Assembly (NCBI RefSeq): GCF_006345805.1
Contig: NC_042997.1
Span: 45,198,001-45,262,000 of the forward strand
DNA length: 64,000 nt
Reading direction: 5' to 3'
Source: Octopus sinensis
Lineage: Eukaryota
The notes below the pieces were generated by a model. It ran no database searches, was not told the DNA's origin, and worked only from the letters and a program-made list of their open reading frames with translations. Shown in pieces: positions 1 through 13,567 of the stretch (position 1 is its first letter; every line of letters starts with the position of its first letter). The translations under genes and the position numbers were made by a program.

Positions 1-41
1 ATCATGTCCAATTCTTTTCACATCCAGTTTTTCTTTGTATT
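1..41 (-). pseudogene. Candidate pseudo-exon 13 (truncated by the window edge)
   Basis: Acceptor ttttttttattgccag; the only open frame is phase 1: (K)YKEKLDVKRIGHD. Confidence 0.4.
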
Positions 42-415
42 CTGGCAATAAAAAAAATGCAGTAATAAAAACAGTACTTTTATTTATTTATTTTTTTACC
101 TCATAAATCTGTAATCAAGGAAAGGACAGCAGGTAATTAATCAACATTCTTGATAAGAATGTGGTACAAATGAATTAAAATAATTAATAGTTAATAATAT
201 GTGTTGGTGGTGAAACTGTTTTACCTCCATTTCATCATGTTTGCAAGTGTGAGGATGGAGGGAGGGTTGGCTTTTGTCAAAGTAAATATTTTCACAGCTG
301 AATGCTCTTTCCACTACAGACCATTCAACCATAAACTAAAAATGGAACCTGTTTATGTCAATCAGTCTAACAAAAAAAGAAAAACAATATCTATATATAT
401 ATATATATTATATAT

Positions 416-460
<45 letters not shown>

Positions 461-871
461 AAAGAAATCTAAAATTGAAGGAGACTAGTGATGGTCTGCA
501 TTAGTAAAATGAGGTTAATTCATAAGATTTGCAAGATAAAAGGCAGCCCAAAACAGAAACAGTTCCCATTACACAAATTTACTGAAAACTGAATAATGAA
601 CACCACTCAGAGGTAAAAACCCAATGACTATAATAACAGTAGTAAAGCTGGCATTCCTGACCATGTGGTCCATAAGGTAGTACTAATTTGGGTGAGACAC
701 TTTCTATGAAATACATTTTATATATGATACTGGAAAATTTGGACAAATGTATATACTAACATATAATGTGAATGATTTCAGGATTCCTGATATTGATACC
801 ATGTAAATCTATTATTTATACTAATATGATGATTTTGAGGACAATAATGATGATGACATGGGATTATAAGT

Positions 872-1290
872 ATCATCATTCATCATCATCATCGTTTAGC
901 GTCCGCTTTCCATGCTAGCATGGGTTGGACGGTTCAACTGGGGTCTGGGAAGCCAGAAGGCTGCACCAGGCCCAGTTTGATCTGGCAATTTTTCTATGGA
1001 TGGATGCTCTTCCTAACGCCAACCACTCCATGAGTGTAGTGGGTGCTTTTTACGTGCCACTGGCATGGAGACCAGATGAAGCTGGCAACGGCCATGATCG
1101 GATGGTGCTTTTTATGTGCCACTGGCACGGGGGCCAGGCGAGGCTGGCAACGGCAACGAACGGATGGTGCTTTTTACGTGCCACTGGCACGAGGCCAGTC
1201 GGGGCGGCACTGGCACGAGGCCAGTCGGGGTGGCACTGGCAACGGCCTAGAAAGGATGGTGTTTTTTACGTGCCACCGGCACTGGTAACT
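872..1290 (-). mobile_element. Family B (RTE 3'UTR) truncated copy
   Basis: Near-identical to 13568-14100; (CAT)n at the left end. Confidence 0.85.
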
Positions 1291-2295
1291 CAGCTGCAAT
1301 GATCTAGTTATTTAAAAGAACCCAGGTTTCACTAGAATGATGTCAGAGAAAGCAAATGGTGGAAAGGCACAACATGCAGAAACAGATTAGTCTATGGATA
1401 TGGAATTTGGTTGTCTGTTCATTTCATGTAATGTCTATTTTGCCAAGGTAGCAGGGTTTAGATGGGAGGAGAAAACTGAAGCAGGATTATTTTCTTGGAT
1501 GAAAGCTCTTCCTGTTACTCAGCCTTGTATGGTTTTCACATAAAGGAATATTTTAAGTAATGAGGTAAGAGGAATTATTAAATACTAGGTGTAGAAATAA
1601 TATAACTATTTGAGTCACATTCTTACATTGATACAATTGAGAGAAAGAAGAGAAGAAGAAGAAAAAAGAAACAAAATACTATTATGATGATTTCCTTTTT
1701 CATATTAAAAACAGCTGAACTGATAGCTGAATTGCTTATGAAGTGAAATACAAATGTTGGTCAACCACTACAGTGAGAGGTTTTCATTTACACAATAATG
1801 GTGGAGAGTATTTACAGATATTGGTCTAGAAACAGCATGAGATCACATGTATATAACTTGCTCACCTCTCTGAAATGTACACACACATATGAAGTCTGAC
1901 TGATAGTAGAAAATGATGGAACTTTCCTATAACACACTCAAAATGAAATAATACATCACTGGAAACAACTAGATTGAAAGTTTTGCACAGAAAGACTAAT
2001 TTTGGACGAAGTTATAATGTAATGTCTACAACAGTTTACAAAATCATAGCTAAGAGGTCTACACAATATTCACTTAGCTGACAAAGTGACAAAATTAATA
2101 TGTGCGTACAAGGATTAGCAAAGTGTGTGAATAGTTAAATATATAAGAATGTGGAACAACTAGTTGAGATGGAGGCAATTTGTATTCTTTAACTGATACA
2201 ATATATTCATGGCTTTGTTGACATAATTACCAGAAGGTATTATAGTAGGAAGGTACTCTATAGAATTAAAAATTTATTGATTTGAATACAATACG

Positions 2296-2705
2296 CTTTT
2301 ATTTGTTTCAGTCATTTGACTGTGGCCATGCTGGTGCACCGCCTTTAGTCGAGCAAATCGACCCCAGGACTTATTCTTTGTAAGTCTAGTACTTATTCTA
2401 TTGGTCTCTTTTGCCGAACTGCTAAGTTACGAGGATGTAAACACACCAGCATCGGTTGTCAAGCAATGTTGGGGGAACAAACACAGACACACAAACACAT
2501 ACATACATACATACATATATATATATATATACATATATACGACAGGCTTCTTTCAGTTTCCGTCTACCAAATCCACTCACAAGGCTTTGGTCGGCCCGAG
2601 GCTATAAAGGAAGACACTTACCCAAGATGCCATGCAGTGGCACTGAACCCGGAACCATGTGGTTCGTAAGCAAGCTACTTACCACACAGTCCCTCCTATG
2701 CCTAT
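2296..2705 (-). mobile_element. SINE family A
   Basis: Reverse-complement copy. Confidence 0.9.
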
Positions 2706-3200
2706 AATGTTCAATTTCTTCTTTATAGCAAGAAACAAAAAACATACAAATCTTCATGAGATCGTAATTTGAATACATCTGGGTTTTGGGACAGATACAT
2801 CTTTGTATGTCATAAAAGGCAATTAAAGAAGTTTGTGGCAGAATGGATTTAAATCAATGCATCAGAAGGAAAAGTTAAACTGATGCCAGCACAGATAAAT
2901 AGATGTAAAATGCTGATGAGGCACCAATATTCATAAAATAATATAGCTATCTCGCCTGTACATACCAACTTCCCGTTATCTAAATGTTTATATTAAATAA
3001 GGATTTCTCAAAAGTACGAAGCTCTAGAAGCTATCTGTTGATTGTGGAAAAATTTGTATGTATTGGGAAATGGAAAATCATGACAATCACAATTTTTCTG
3101 TCTCTTAACACATTTAGACTCTCAGATAAAGAGAAATGAAATGACTTCATTTTAAATTACTTTGGAAATGAAAGCTAGATTGTAAGTAAATTTTACTCAC

Positions 3201-3271
3201 TTATGTCTGTCATGTGTTCATTAAATAATGATTTCTTTTACTTGGGCCATTGGTCCTTTTAGAAAGAGTGG
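3201..3271 (-). pseudogene. Candidate pseudo-exon 12
   Basis: Acceptor ctttcaactctag, strong donor TAA|gtgagt. Removing one A gives PLFLKGPMAQVKKSLFNEHMTDI, phase 0->1, which fits both neighbours. Confidence 0.45.
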
Positions 3272-4013
3272 CTAGAGTTGAAAGACTTTACTTAAATTTA
3301 TTGATACTTTTAATTTTATCAACCATGGAGAGATGAAAAGAAGTTTGTCTTGATAAAATTTCAACTTGAAACACTGTGTAACTGAATTATACAGCATGAA
3401 GCGTCTTTACCAGTCTTCTATAACTTGCTTTTTATATGTAATTTTGCCCACTCCAACAACATGTACACACATACATGCATATACACACTCGCGTATAGAG
3501 AGGTTTACATACATGCAAATGTGTGAGTGTGTCTGTGAGTGTATTGTATAAATAGACATCTTTATACAGCAAAGCATGACAAACAATAAAAGAATTCTAA
3601 CATTTGGTGAAGTGCTAGATTACTGAGCCAAAGGATGTTGAGTTCAAACCTAATCAAAGACATTGAGTCAATCTAGCAGACAACAGCATGGTCAATCTTT
3701 ACACAGTTGTATGGATTAGCTCTAGAAAATTATTTAACACCCAAATCAACTCTAACGAAGCAGACTTGTCGTCAGTGGTGTTCCAGATGTGACCACCCTG
3801 TTTGTTTATTTATGTCCACATTGTCCAATGTGTCCTTTTCTTTTTCATGACAACAAACAATAAGATGTGATTTGAAGGATATTTTACTGTAATTCTAACA
3901 GGACAAGCAAGCGTGTAGCAACTTTTCCATTGACTTTAGAAAATATTATCCATTTGTAAACCATCTACAAAAAACGATTTCAGTCAATGTTCAGATTTGC
4001 AAACCTTTCACAC

Positions 4014-4370
4014 CAGGGTAGGCAGCGCTTACCCTGAATAAAATAGATTGATAGCAACATTTTCCTTTTAAGGCAAAATATGCACCTAAGTCAATAAAAT
4101 CATGAAGGTTACTCTGATTACTATGCATAAAATGCAAAATATTTTATTTTTTTGTAGATTAGGTAGGCATAATTCACCCCTGCTTTTCAATCTAAATATT
4201 TATGCTACACATAGAACTGCTGTAGTACATATGCTGCGTACACTCCTACAACACCATTTTCTTTACGTGCTATAAAGGCAGAAGTAAATCTGCCTTCAAC
4301 TCAGTCGAGCACCTGTGTTTTGCTTAGTTTTTGTGTTTTACTATATAAAGGTCATCTACTGCCTACCCTG
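4014..4370. mobile_element. Possible MITE
   Basis: Perfect 12-bp inverted repeat cagggtaggcag / ctgcctaccctg; the left end is itself a hairpin. Confidence 0.4.
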
Positions 4371-4815
4371 AGTAATTACTGATGGCACGTGCTTGAATCA
4401 CACCCATACTATTATATATAGATAAAATTAAAACCATTTCTAGAAGGTAAAAAAAAATTAATATTTTCCATTAACAAATATATGAGCTTTATCTTCAGGA
4501 TCTGATACAGAGCAAGGGAAAATAATTAAAAGGGATCATGTCACCTAGTATAAGTTATATAATAATTGATAAGTCTTAAAATTCTCAAGTTTTTCTATCC
4601 CTTTATACCATGTCAGATTAGACAACTTCTACTTAGATTCAGCCTACAGTATATACTGTGTGCTGGCAGTATGAAAGTATTACCAACAAAGTATTTGTGA
4701 TTGGCATATAGGTGTTCTTGGAATATTCTTTCAAATTCCAACAATGGAACTTGAAGAGAGAAGAGAAAAGACAGATTGAAGAGCTAGGAAACAGGGTGTG
4801 TGTGTGTGTGCATAT

Positions 4816-4881
<66 letters not shown>

Positions 4882-6150
4882 AGGGAGACAAACGCAGACT
4901 GGTTCTGTTTTTGTATTAACATTATCTAATGTTTGCAAGCATGCTGGATAGACATTAAATAAAACTGAAAATGAAAGATATTTGCAATGGGAATGAACCA
5001 AAGAATAGAATATTTCTTACATCAGCCCTAATGTCTGATGGGAGAATTTTGAGCCGTCTAGATGTGGGTATCTCAAGATTCAGATGCATCTAATCACAAT
5101 GTGCTACAAAGAAATGCAAATGAAATGTAGGAAATGATTATGATGATTCTTAGACTGAAGCATTAGTTTTCCTTGTCATGATCATGCCATTAAATGAATT
5201 TTATATTAAACTGTTGACGAGGAAAGAAGATTTCACTGAAAGAAGATTGTCTGTGTTATAAAGAAAAAGAAAAATACTTTTGAATTTAAAAAGCTATGTA
5301 AAGTTCTATAGAAATGCTGTATTTAAAGAAAAGAAAATTTAAAACTAATGATATCTTAATTTCAATAGATAAACTAAATAATGGGAACATCATGTATAAA
5401 ACAATCAACAAGTGCTTAAGTAATGAGGTTTTCTGTTGTTTTATTGAGAGAATTAAGTACAATTTTGGAATTAAATTTGCATCAGAGTTTAGTGTGTGTG
5501 TGCATCCAACACACACATATATATATTTACACATATATGCACAGTTTTTCTACATATATTTCATATATATATACATACACACATACACAGAATTGTATAT
5601 ACCTATGTTATATACAGACATGTACACACATGTTACATGCAATTCTGCATGTCTGTACATATACACAGATACATGCTATATGCAGTTGTACACGAGTGCA
5701 TTTATGTACACACACATCATTTTAATGTCTACTTTTCCATGTTCCATGGACAGAGTTTATCGAGCCAGATTTGCTACAGTTGGATGCCCTTCTTGCTATC
5801 AACTCTCGCCTGTTTCCAAGCAAGGTAATATTTCTTCATGACCCAACATGTTTCATAGAATGTTGGAAAGGAACGACACAGGTTGCATGACAGTGACACT
5901 CACAACTAACATGTGATGTCAAGACGAGGACACTCAAACGTGCACAGACACACACATTTTATACGGAAAGAGACAATCATAGTGGTAATGGGACCGGAGA
6001 ACATGAAGCACGGATATGTAGAAGTTGTAAGAGTTTATAGAGAGTGTAAGGTCATTAGAAACAGGGAATGGGTGAGAGGGTGAATACGATGAAGAATGAG
6101 AGATGGCAGATGTAGTGAATGAGGAGGAGAAACATACGGTGGTGGAAGAG

Positions 6151-6630
6151 GATCATCATCATCATCGTTTAACGTCCGTTCTCCATGCTGGCATGGGTTG
6201 GAGGGTTCGACCGGGGTCTGGGAAGCCAGGAGGCTGCACCAGGCTCCAGTCTGATCTGGCAGTGTTTTTACAGCTGGATGCCCTTTCTAACACCAACCAC
6301 TCCGTGAGTGTAGTGGGTGCTTTTTACGTGCCACCGGCACAGGTGCCAGGTGAGGCTGGCAACGGTCACGATCGGTTGGTGTTTTTACGTGCGACCAGCA
6401 CGGAAGCCAGTCAAAGTAGCGCTGGCATCGGCCACATTCGGATGGTGCTTTTTACGTGCCACCAGGACAGGTGCCAGGCGAGGCTGGCAACTGTCACAAT
6501 CGGTTGTTGCTTTTTACGTGCCACCAGCACGGAAACCAGTCAAGGCGGCGCTGGCATCGGCCACGTTCGGATGGTGCTTTTTACGTGCCACTGGCACAGG
6601 TATCACAACTACAATTTCCATTTGAGATTT
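6151..6630 (-). mobile_element. Family B truncated copy
   Basis: Same 3' core plus five tttacgtgc units. Confidence 0.85.
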
Positions 6631-6919
6631 TGATGATGTTGATGTCAATGTAAAATGCTGGTGAAGGAGAATGAAAGATGGAAATGGTTCTTGGACATAA
6701 AGAAGGATAAGTGAAGCTTGTGAAGTATGCAGTCCACACATTTAACAACAGCAACAGAACCTCAGGACCTCGACTCTCTCAGAGGAAATGACAAATGACT
6801 GGGATGACTGGCTATATTGCTAATCATCCCAGTTATGTGTGCATATATGTGTGTGTGTGTGTGCACAGATCAGAAGGTTAATTTCTCTAATAAAGATTAT
6901 GGCTATTAGCAGACAAGTC

Positions 6920-6953
<34 letters not shown>

Positions 6954-7452
6954 TTAAGTACAAATCAGAAGGTTAATTTTTCAACTGAAGATTATGGCTA
7001 TTAGCAAATAAGTCTGTGACAAAATGATGATAAAACAACTGATAAAAATTACTCTGATGTTTATGAACTTTTGAACATAGCACTTAGCCATTTCAAGAAC
7101 ATTAGCACTTGACAACTCTTGCAGTTTTGTTTACCATTTTTACTTAGCTATGAAATATCTTGGTAGAAATTTGCTCTTTCATATCTCTAATGCATTTTGT
7201 ATTTCTTTTTTTCTAAGTCTGAACTACATAATTCTTAATTGTTGCTTAGTGCAAAGGTTTACTATTAAAGATGATATGCACAAACCTATGATTAAAGATG
7301 TTTCAGTCTTGACCAGCTCAGCGTTTTTGTTTGTCCAGGACTCTGTTATATACCAAGTTCCCTTACACTTTTTTGAGTCAGTAAGATGCGATTTGAGCGA
7401 GATTTGGCTGCTTTTTCTGGGATACTGAGCAACCATGTAAATTAATGGTATT

Positions 7453-7776
7453 GCACATTATTTACATTTGATGGATATTTGTCCTCATCTTGTTTGTTGT
7501 TAACATAACGTTTCGGCTGGTGTACCCTGCATTCATCAGGTGTCTTGGGGAAATTTCGAACCTGGGTTCTCATTCCTAAGGTATTTTTCGATGTTATTGT
7601 TATTATTATTATTATTCAGGTTACTGCCTGATATTGAACTCAGAATCTTGGGATTAGTAGCCTGCACTCTTAACCACTACACCCGTGGGCATATGGCTTA
7701 GTGGTTAAGAGTGCAGGCTACTAACCCTAAGATTCCAAATTCGATTCCAGGCAGTGACCAGAATAATAATGATAAA

Positions 7777-7817
<41 letters not shown>

Positions 7818-7972
7818 TAATAATAATAATAACATTGAAAAATAATCTCAGAATGAGAACCCAGGTTCAAAATTTCCCCAAGACACCTGATGAAGGCTGG
7901 AGAGTATATCAGCCAAAATAGTGTGTTAACAACAAAGATGAGGACAAATATCCGTCTAATGTAAATAATGTA
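7453..7972. repeat. Long inverted repeat of a tRNA-headed, hammerhead-bearing Penelope-type element
   Basis: Arms 7453-7680 and 7698-7972; each has a tRNA-like head, (AAT)n and a CTGATGA..GAAA motif. Confidence 0.8.
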
Positions 7973-8189
7973 CATAATTCCTCATCTCTTAAATATAGAA
8001 CTGTAAATGGTACCGGATTCTGACAGATGAACTGAGACATGAATATACTTTCCGCTCATTGTTTATACTTCAAAATCACAATATTAGGCCATTATATTGA
8101 GAGATGTGGATTTGAGTTAGATGTTCCTCAATCTTGAGATGCCCTCAACTGGGTGACACACACACATACATTGGGCTAACCATATGTTT

Positions 8190-8990
8190 CTGCATAACAC
8201 TGGGGTCAATGCAATTGGCTAACCCAGTCCTCTCAAAATTGATAGCCTTGGGTCTAAATTAGAATCAATTGTTATTGAAAACTATGAATGTCAAAAATAG
8301 TATTTGGATGATTAACGGCATTGCCAATTTTAGCTACATCTTGAAATATACACCATGGTTTCAAATCCTGACAGGGTTGGCATAACCTCACATTTTCTGG
8401 TAGTATATAACACCACTAGAAGGATGTAAGGAATGGTAGATATAATTAACACCAGTCATGTACTTGGTTGACTCACTTATCTATACATAGCTCTTTCTTA
8501 TAATTCATGGTCTGCTGTCAATGTTAGAAATCATGGTTATTAAGGTAGCAGATTGGTAGGACTGGTAGAGCATTGGATAAAATACTTGATAAAATACTTT
8601 GTGTATTTCTTCTAAATCTTCATGTTTTGAGTTAAATGCAACTGAGGCCAACTTTGCCTTTGATCCCTCCAGAGTTGATAAAATAAAGTACGGGTGAGTT
8701 AAGTACTAGCTCCATTCCTTAAAATTGCTGGCCTTGTGCCTAAGTTAGAAACAATGATTTAAGATGGTGAGCAGGTAGAATCATTACTGAGTTGGAAAAA
8801 ATGCTTTGCAATATTTGTTCTGATTCTTGAAGTTCTGAGTTCAGATTCTGCCAAGTTCAACTTTGCCTTTCATCCTTTTGGGACTAATAAAATAAAGTAC
8901 CACTCAAATACTAGGGTTGATGGTTCATGCTAATACTCTCCCATCAAAATTATTGGCCTTGTACCTAAACCAGATATCATCATTATTATT
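8190..8990 (+). repeat. Head-to-tail cluster of degenerate family C SINEs
   Basis: Repeated aaattgctggccttgtgcctaa..agaa tails at ~8240, 8500, 8725 and 8950; cores at 8650 and 8860. Confidence 0.65.
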
Positions 8991-9651
8991 TTTTCCTATC
9001 TCAAGAAACTGTCTTACCTCTATATAACTTTTGTCTGGTGAAATACAAAAAAAAAAATACACATACACATATACACATGCATATACACGCACACACAAAA
9101 TCACATTCAACCTGTCTAAAGTTCCTTCATGTGGTGGAGACTGGCATGGAGAATAAAGTATTTTGGGAGCTTAATTTGTCTGATCAGGGTAGTAATAATA
9201 GGAAATGCGGCAAAGGATGTATGGGCATTATTCTGTGCAAACATCAATGAAAATACATTTGTACATTTCATGAGCACACAATGTGGGACCGTCAAGTTTG
9301 AGAGTTGGGTGGGGGGACATCCATATAAACATTAATTGTTCTGTATATTTTGTGTATGTATAGTCATCCTTAAAACCATACACTAAAACTTACAGATAAT
9401 CTGAATTTACTGTTATTATTATCATCGGAATAAAAGACCAAAATTATGACCTCAGAACTTAATTTTTTTCAGAATTGCTTTTTTGCCAATTTAAGAGTAC
9501 TTTATCTTTCCTTTCATATTTTGTCTTCAATGATGTTATTTTCTTGAAGTTTTGTCCATTTTTTTTAATACTTTTTGTTTTTGATACAATCTTTCTAAAG
9601 TTGATGTTACTTAATTCTGGATGTTCCTGCTATCAGTGATAAAAGAATTAC

Positions 9652-9739
9652 CTGATAAGGGAAGGGTGCATTCTTAAATTTCTCTTTTGTTTTTATTTTG
9701 TTGGTATTTTCCAATGATCTCCTTTTCCTTAAAAATCCC
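9652..9739 (-). pseudogene. Candidate pseudo-exon 11
   Basis: Acceptor gctgttgttttag, donor CAG|gtaatt; 88 nt open, phase 2->0, GFLRKRRSLENTNKIKTKEKFKNAPFPYQ. Confidence 0.5.
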
Positions 9740-10484
9740 CTAAAACAACAGCAATAAATTATACAAATTTTTTATCTTCTAGTATTTTCTTTAAAAAAAA
9801 CCCCCCAGAAACTATTGTTAGAGAATAAGAGAAAGTTTGCTTTGATAATGGGTGATGTTGCAGCCATACAATATAATTCTTAAAACTGATTAAGCACAAA
9901 GTGGTGGATGTACAGTGAGAACTTAAGAAGTTATATCTGCCAGATTCCCAGTTCGTTTACATATTATGACAGTTTGAACAAGTGACTTTTATCAGAGGCT
10001 CAGACTGACCACAGTCTTATGAGTGAAACTGAGCACATGGCAACTGTGCAGAAGCCTCTTAGATATTAGACTTAAATCTGACTGTTTTTATATCTTTTTT
10101 TTTTTGTAATCTTTTACTCGTTTCAGTCACTGAACTGTGGTCATGCTGGGGCACTGCCTTGAAATCAACCTCAGTGCTTTATTTTTTAAGCCTAGTACTT
10201 ATTTTAGCAGTCCCTTTTGTAAAACTGCTAATATTCCTAGACACCATATGACTATACACCTTACTGTATCCTAATGCCAATCCTTAAATTCTTCCTCTCA
10301 CTCTATCTAACTCTCTTTCTGTTTATTTACTTTTCTTTACTTTTACCACTTAATAGCCACCTCCGCTACCATTAACTAATGCATCTGTTTGTAGTCTACA
10401 CCACCTGTCTTCGTCTTACATTTTTTTGTGAATTCTCCCCAATATATATGTATGTGTGTGTGGGTGTGTATATATATATATACA

Positions 10485-10518
<34 letters not shown>

Positions 10519-10591
10519 CATATATGTCTAAATATACACATATATATGTATATATATACATATAAATATATAAGCATCTATATATATATAT

Positions 10592-10745
10592 ATGGCGTTA
10601 GGAAGGGCATCCAGCTGTAGAAACACTGCCAGATAAGACTGGAGCCTGGTGCAGCCTTCTGGCTTCCCAGATCCCCGGTCGAACCGTCCAACCCATGCTA
10701 GCATGGAGAACGGACGTTAAACGACGATGATGATGATGATGATGA
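10592..10745 (+). mobile_element. Family B short copy within (TA)n
   Basis: tggcgttaggaagggcatccagc...acgttaaac(gat)n. Confidence 0.85.
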
Positions 10746-11256
10746 TATACATATGTATATAGATGTATATATATATATATACATATATACATATGTACAT
10801 ATATGTATATATATATATACATATATACATATATGTATATATATATACATATATACATATGTACATATATGTATATATATATATATATATATATACATAT
10901 ATGTATGTAGATCTATATATATATACACATATATAAATGTATATTTATATATATACATATATATGTATATCTATTTATATACATATATATGTATATCTAT
11001 ATTTATGTATATATGTGTATATGTATATATATATATATATATATATAAAACCAAAATAAGCAACAGGATATCAAGAAGTGATGCAGTACAACCATTTCAA
11101 GCGGCTCCATTTAATTGAACAATGCAATTATTACATCAATATTAATGCAGAGATATTATTAGCTGCACAAATAGAAATTTTTGGACACACACACACACAT
11201 ATATATACATATATATATATACATATATATACACATATATATACACATATATATAC

Positions 11257-11307
<51 letters not shown>

Positions 11308-11398
11308 GGTCCCGGGTTGATTCGGGGTTAACCACGAGCTTCCAGAAGATTTCTCTTGAATGAAACAGTTCTAGTCCTGTAGAAGCTCCTTCTATATA

Positions 11399-11435
<37 letters not shown>

Positions 11436-11436
<1 letters not shown>

Positions 11437-11750
11437 TGTGGAGGTGCAATGGCCCAGTGGTTAGGGCAGCGGACTCGCGGTCGGAGGATCATGGTTTCGA
11501 TTCCCAGACCGGGCGTTGTGTGTGTTTATTGAGCGAAAACACCTAAAAGCTCCACGAGGCTCCGGCAGGGGGTGGTGGCAATCCCTGCTGTACTCTTTCG
11601 CCACAACTTTCTCTCACTCTTTCTTCTGTTGGCCTGCTCGCTTAGCCAGCGGGGTGGCATCATTCGAAGGCTAAAACAATGCGAAGCGCATTGTGACCAG
11701 CGATGTGTAACAACATCTGATGGTCTGGTCGGTCACGTGATCACGTGATA
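11436..11750 (+). mobile_element. tRNA-derived SINE family D
   Basis: A box tggcccagtgg, B box tttcgattcc; the second copy at 29094-29450 has a different 3' half. Confidence 0.85.
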
Positions 11751-11762
11751 TATATATATCTA

Positions 11763-12201
11763 CTAGCAGCTAAGCCCAGTTTCACCCGGTTGGTTTGGAT
11801 GATGTGGCTGTAAAACCTGCTCTATATAAGCATTCGACTTGTTTGGGTACACTTATATTAAAAAACTATTTTAGAATGACTTTTTTTCTGTCAAAGCACT
11901 AAAAATAACTGACCAACAAAAAAAAAACAACCAAGATTAACCAAATCAAAAAATAAACCCAAATACTAAGCAAACAAATATGAACCATCCCACTTCCATT
12001 GCACGTGCATATGCACACAAACACATGCATGCACCCCCCCTTTTACATACACACAAAGTTGAAATGCTGTTTGATTTATTTTTTCTTCAGCGTACAATTT
12101 TCATCATCCCACTACCAAGTATGACATCACTCCTTCCTTCCTTATTCAACTATCACCTCTTCCTTTCTCATTCATAAACACAAGAGTATTATTATAGTAG
12201 A
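11763..12201 (-). mobile_element. Non-autonomous Helitron
   Basis: The minus strand begins A|TC at 12201 and ends with a hairpin (ccgggtgaaactggg) plus CTAG|T at 11763. Confidence 0.65.
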
Positions 12202-12682
12202 TTATCTCGGTAACCATGGGAGCTATGAAAAAAATACAAAACCCAGCATCACCACTGGATCATTTTACATTTGTGCAATTTTTCAAACAATTCCAACCAG
12301 CCGTTTGACCGTGAATCCCAAGACAAGAAAGAAATGGCCATGTTCATTTACCCGCTCTCCTATTCTCTGTGTCGTTTCCCCTACGTATATAATGTATATA
12401 GTTAAATAACTAGATACATTAACAAAATAAAAAAAAAATTAAATACAAAAAAATAACAAGTAGGTGTAAACGCAGGAAAAAAATAAAGCAAAACAAATTA
12501 CATGAATGTGTATAAATAGGAGATAGAAATATTACAGGCACTCCCCCACCTCTAACTAAACATAGGCACACATAGGGGTATATGCATGCGCAAATAAAGA
12601 CACATACAATAGGAATGCAAAATGCAAAATGGCTGACCGTGAGTAAGGAGAGACACACAAATAAAAAAGAAGAAAAGCAAAG

Positions 12683-12726
12683 GACCACTGATGAGGTCAC
12701 AGAAGTGTGACAAAAGAACTCTGGCC
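12683..12726 (+). ncRNA. Degenerate minimal hammerhead motif
   Basis: gacca-CTGATGA-g-gtcac agaagt gtgac-AAAA (GAAA lost, consistent with CpG decay)-gaac-TC-tggcc, followed by AATAAA. Confidence 0.5.
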
Positions 12727-12859
12727 GAAATAAGATTAAGATTAATGTAAAAAATAAATAAAGCTGAAGCAAATTAACACCAAATATATAGTGCGTGTGT
12801 TTTTACTGGCTAAACTGGCAACATGACCATTCCTAAATACAACAGCATATATATATATT

Positions 12860-12893
<34 letters not shown>

Positions 12894-13124
12894 ATATATA
12901 CAAATACATATATATATATATATAATATATATATATACAAATACATATATATATATATGCAAATACATAATATATATATATATACAAATACATATATATA
13001 TATATATATACAAATACATATATATATATATATATACAAATACATATATATATATATATATACAAATACATATATATATATATATATGCAAATACATATA
13101 TATATATATATACAAATACGTAAA

Positions 13125-13452
13125 AACATGGTGGTACGTAAAAAGCACTATCCGACTCGTGGCCGATGCCAGCACCGCCTCGACTGGCTTCCGTACCGGT
13201 GGCACATAAAATACACCAATCTGACCGTGGCCGTTGCCAGCCCCGCCTGGCACCTGTGCAGGTGGCACGTAAAAAGCACCCACTACACTCACGGAGTGGT
13301 TGGCGTTAGGAAGGGCATCCAGCTGTAGAAACATTGCCAGATTAGACTGGAGCCTGGTGCAGCCTTCTGGCTTCCCAGAACCCCGGTCGAACCGTCCAAC
13401 CCATGCTAGCATGGAGAACGGATGTTAAACGATGATGATGATGATGATGATA
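13125..13452 (+). mobile_element. Family B copy
   Basis: Same core; tail-to-tail with 13568-14225. Confidence 0.85.
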
Positions 13453-13567
13453 TATGTATTTGTATATATATATATATGTGTATGTATTTGTATATATATA
13501 TATATGTATGTATTTGTATATATATATATATATATTTGTATATATATATATCTATATATATGTATTT

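Noticed and set aside
925-1302. Recurrent ORFs such as [17 protein letters not shown].. and ..RQASFSFRLPNPLTRLWSARGY..
   Set aside because: Antisense translations of GC-richer LINE UTR and SINE copies, not protein families.
6300-6600. Regularly spaced ~60-bp repeats resembling a CRISPR array
   Set aside because: The intervening sequences are homologous to each other, the array recurs in many dispersed copies as part of a LINE 3'UTR, the DNA is eukaryotic and there are no cas genes.
9468-9626. Lys-rich open frame just after pseudo-exon 11
   Set aside because: It would need a 25-nt intron; A-rich composition explains the openness.
11436-11515. tRNA genes (also at 7687, 29094, 39095 and 52197)
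   Set aside because: A/B boxes are present but I could not fold a complete cloverleaf, and each continues into a SINE body.
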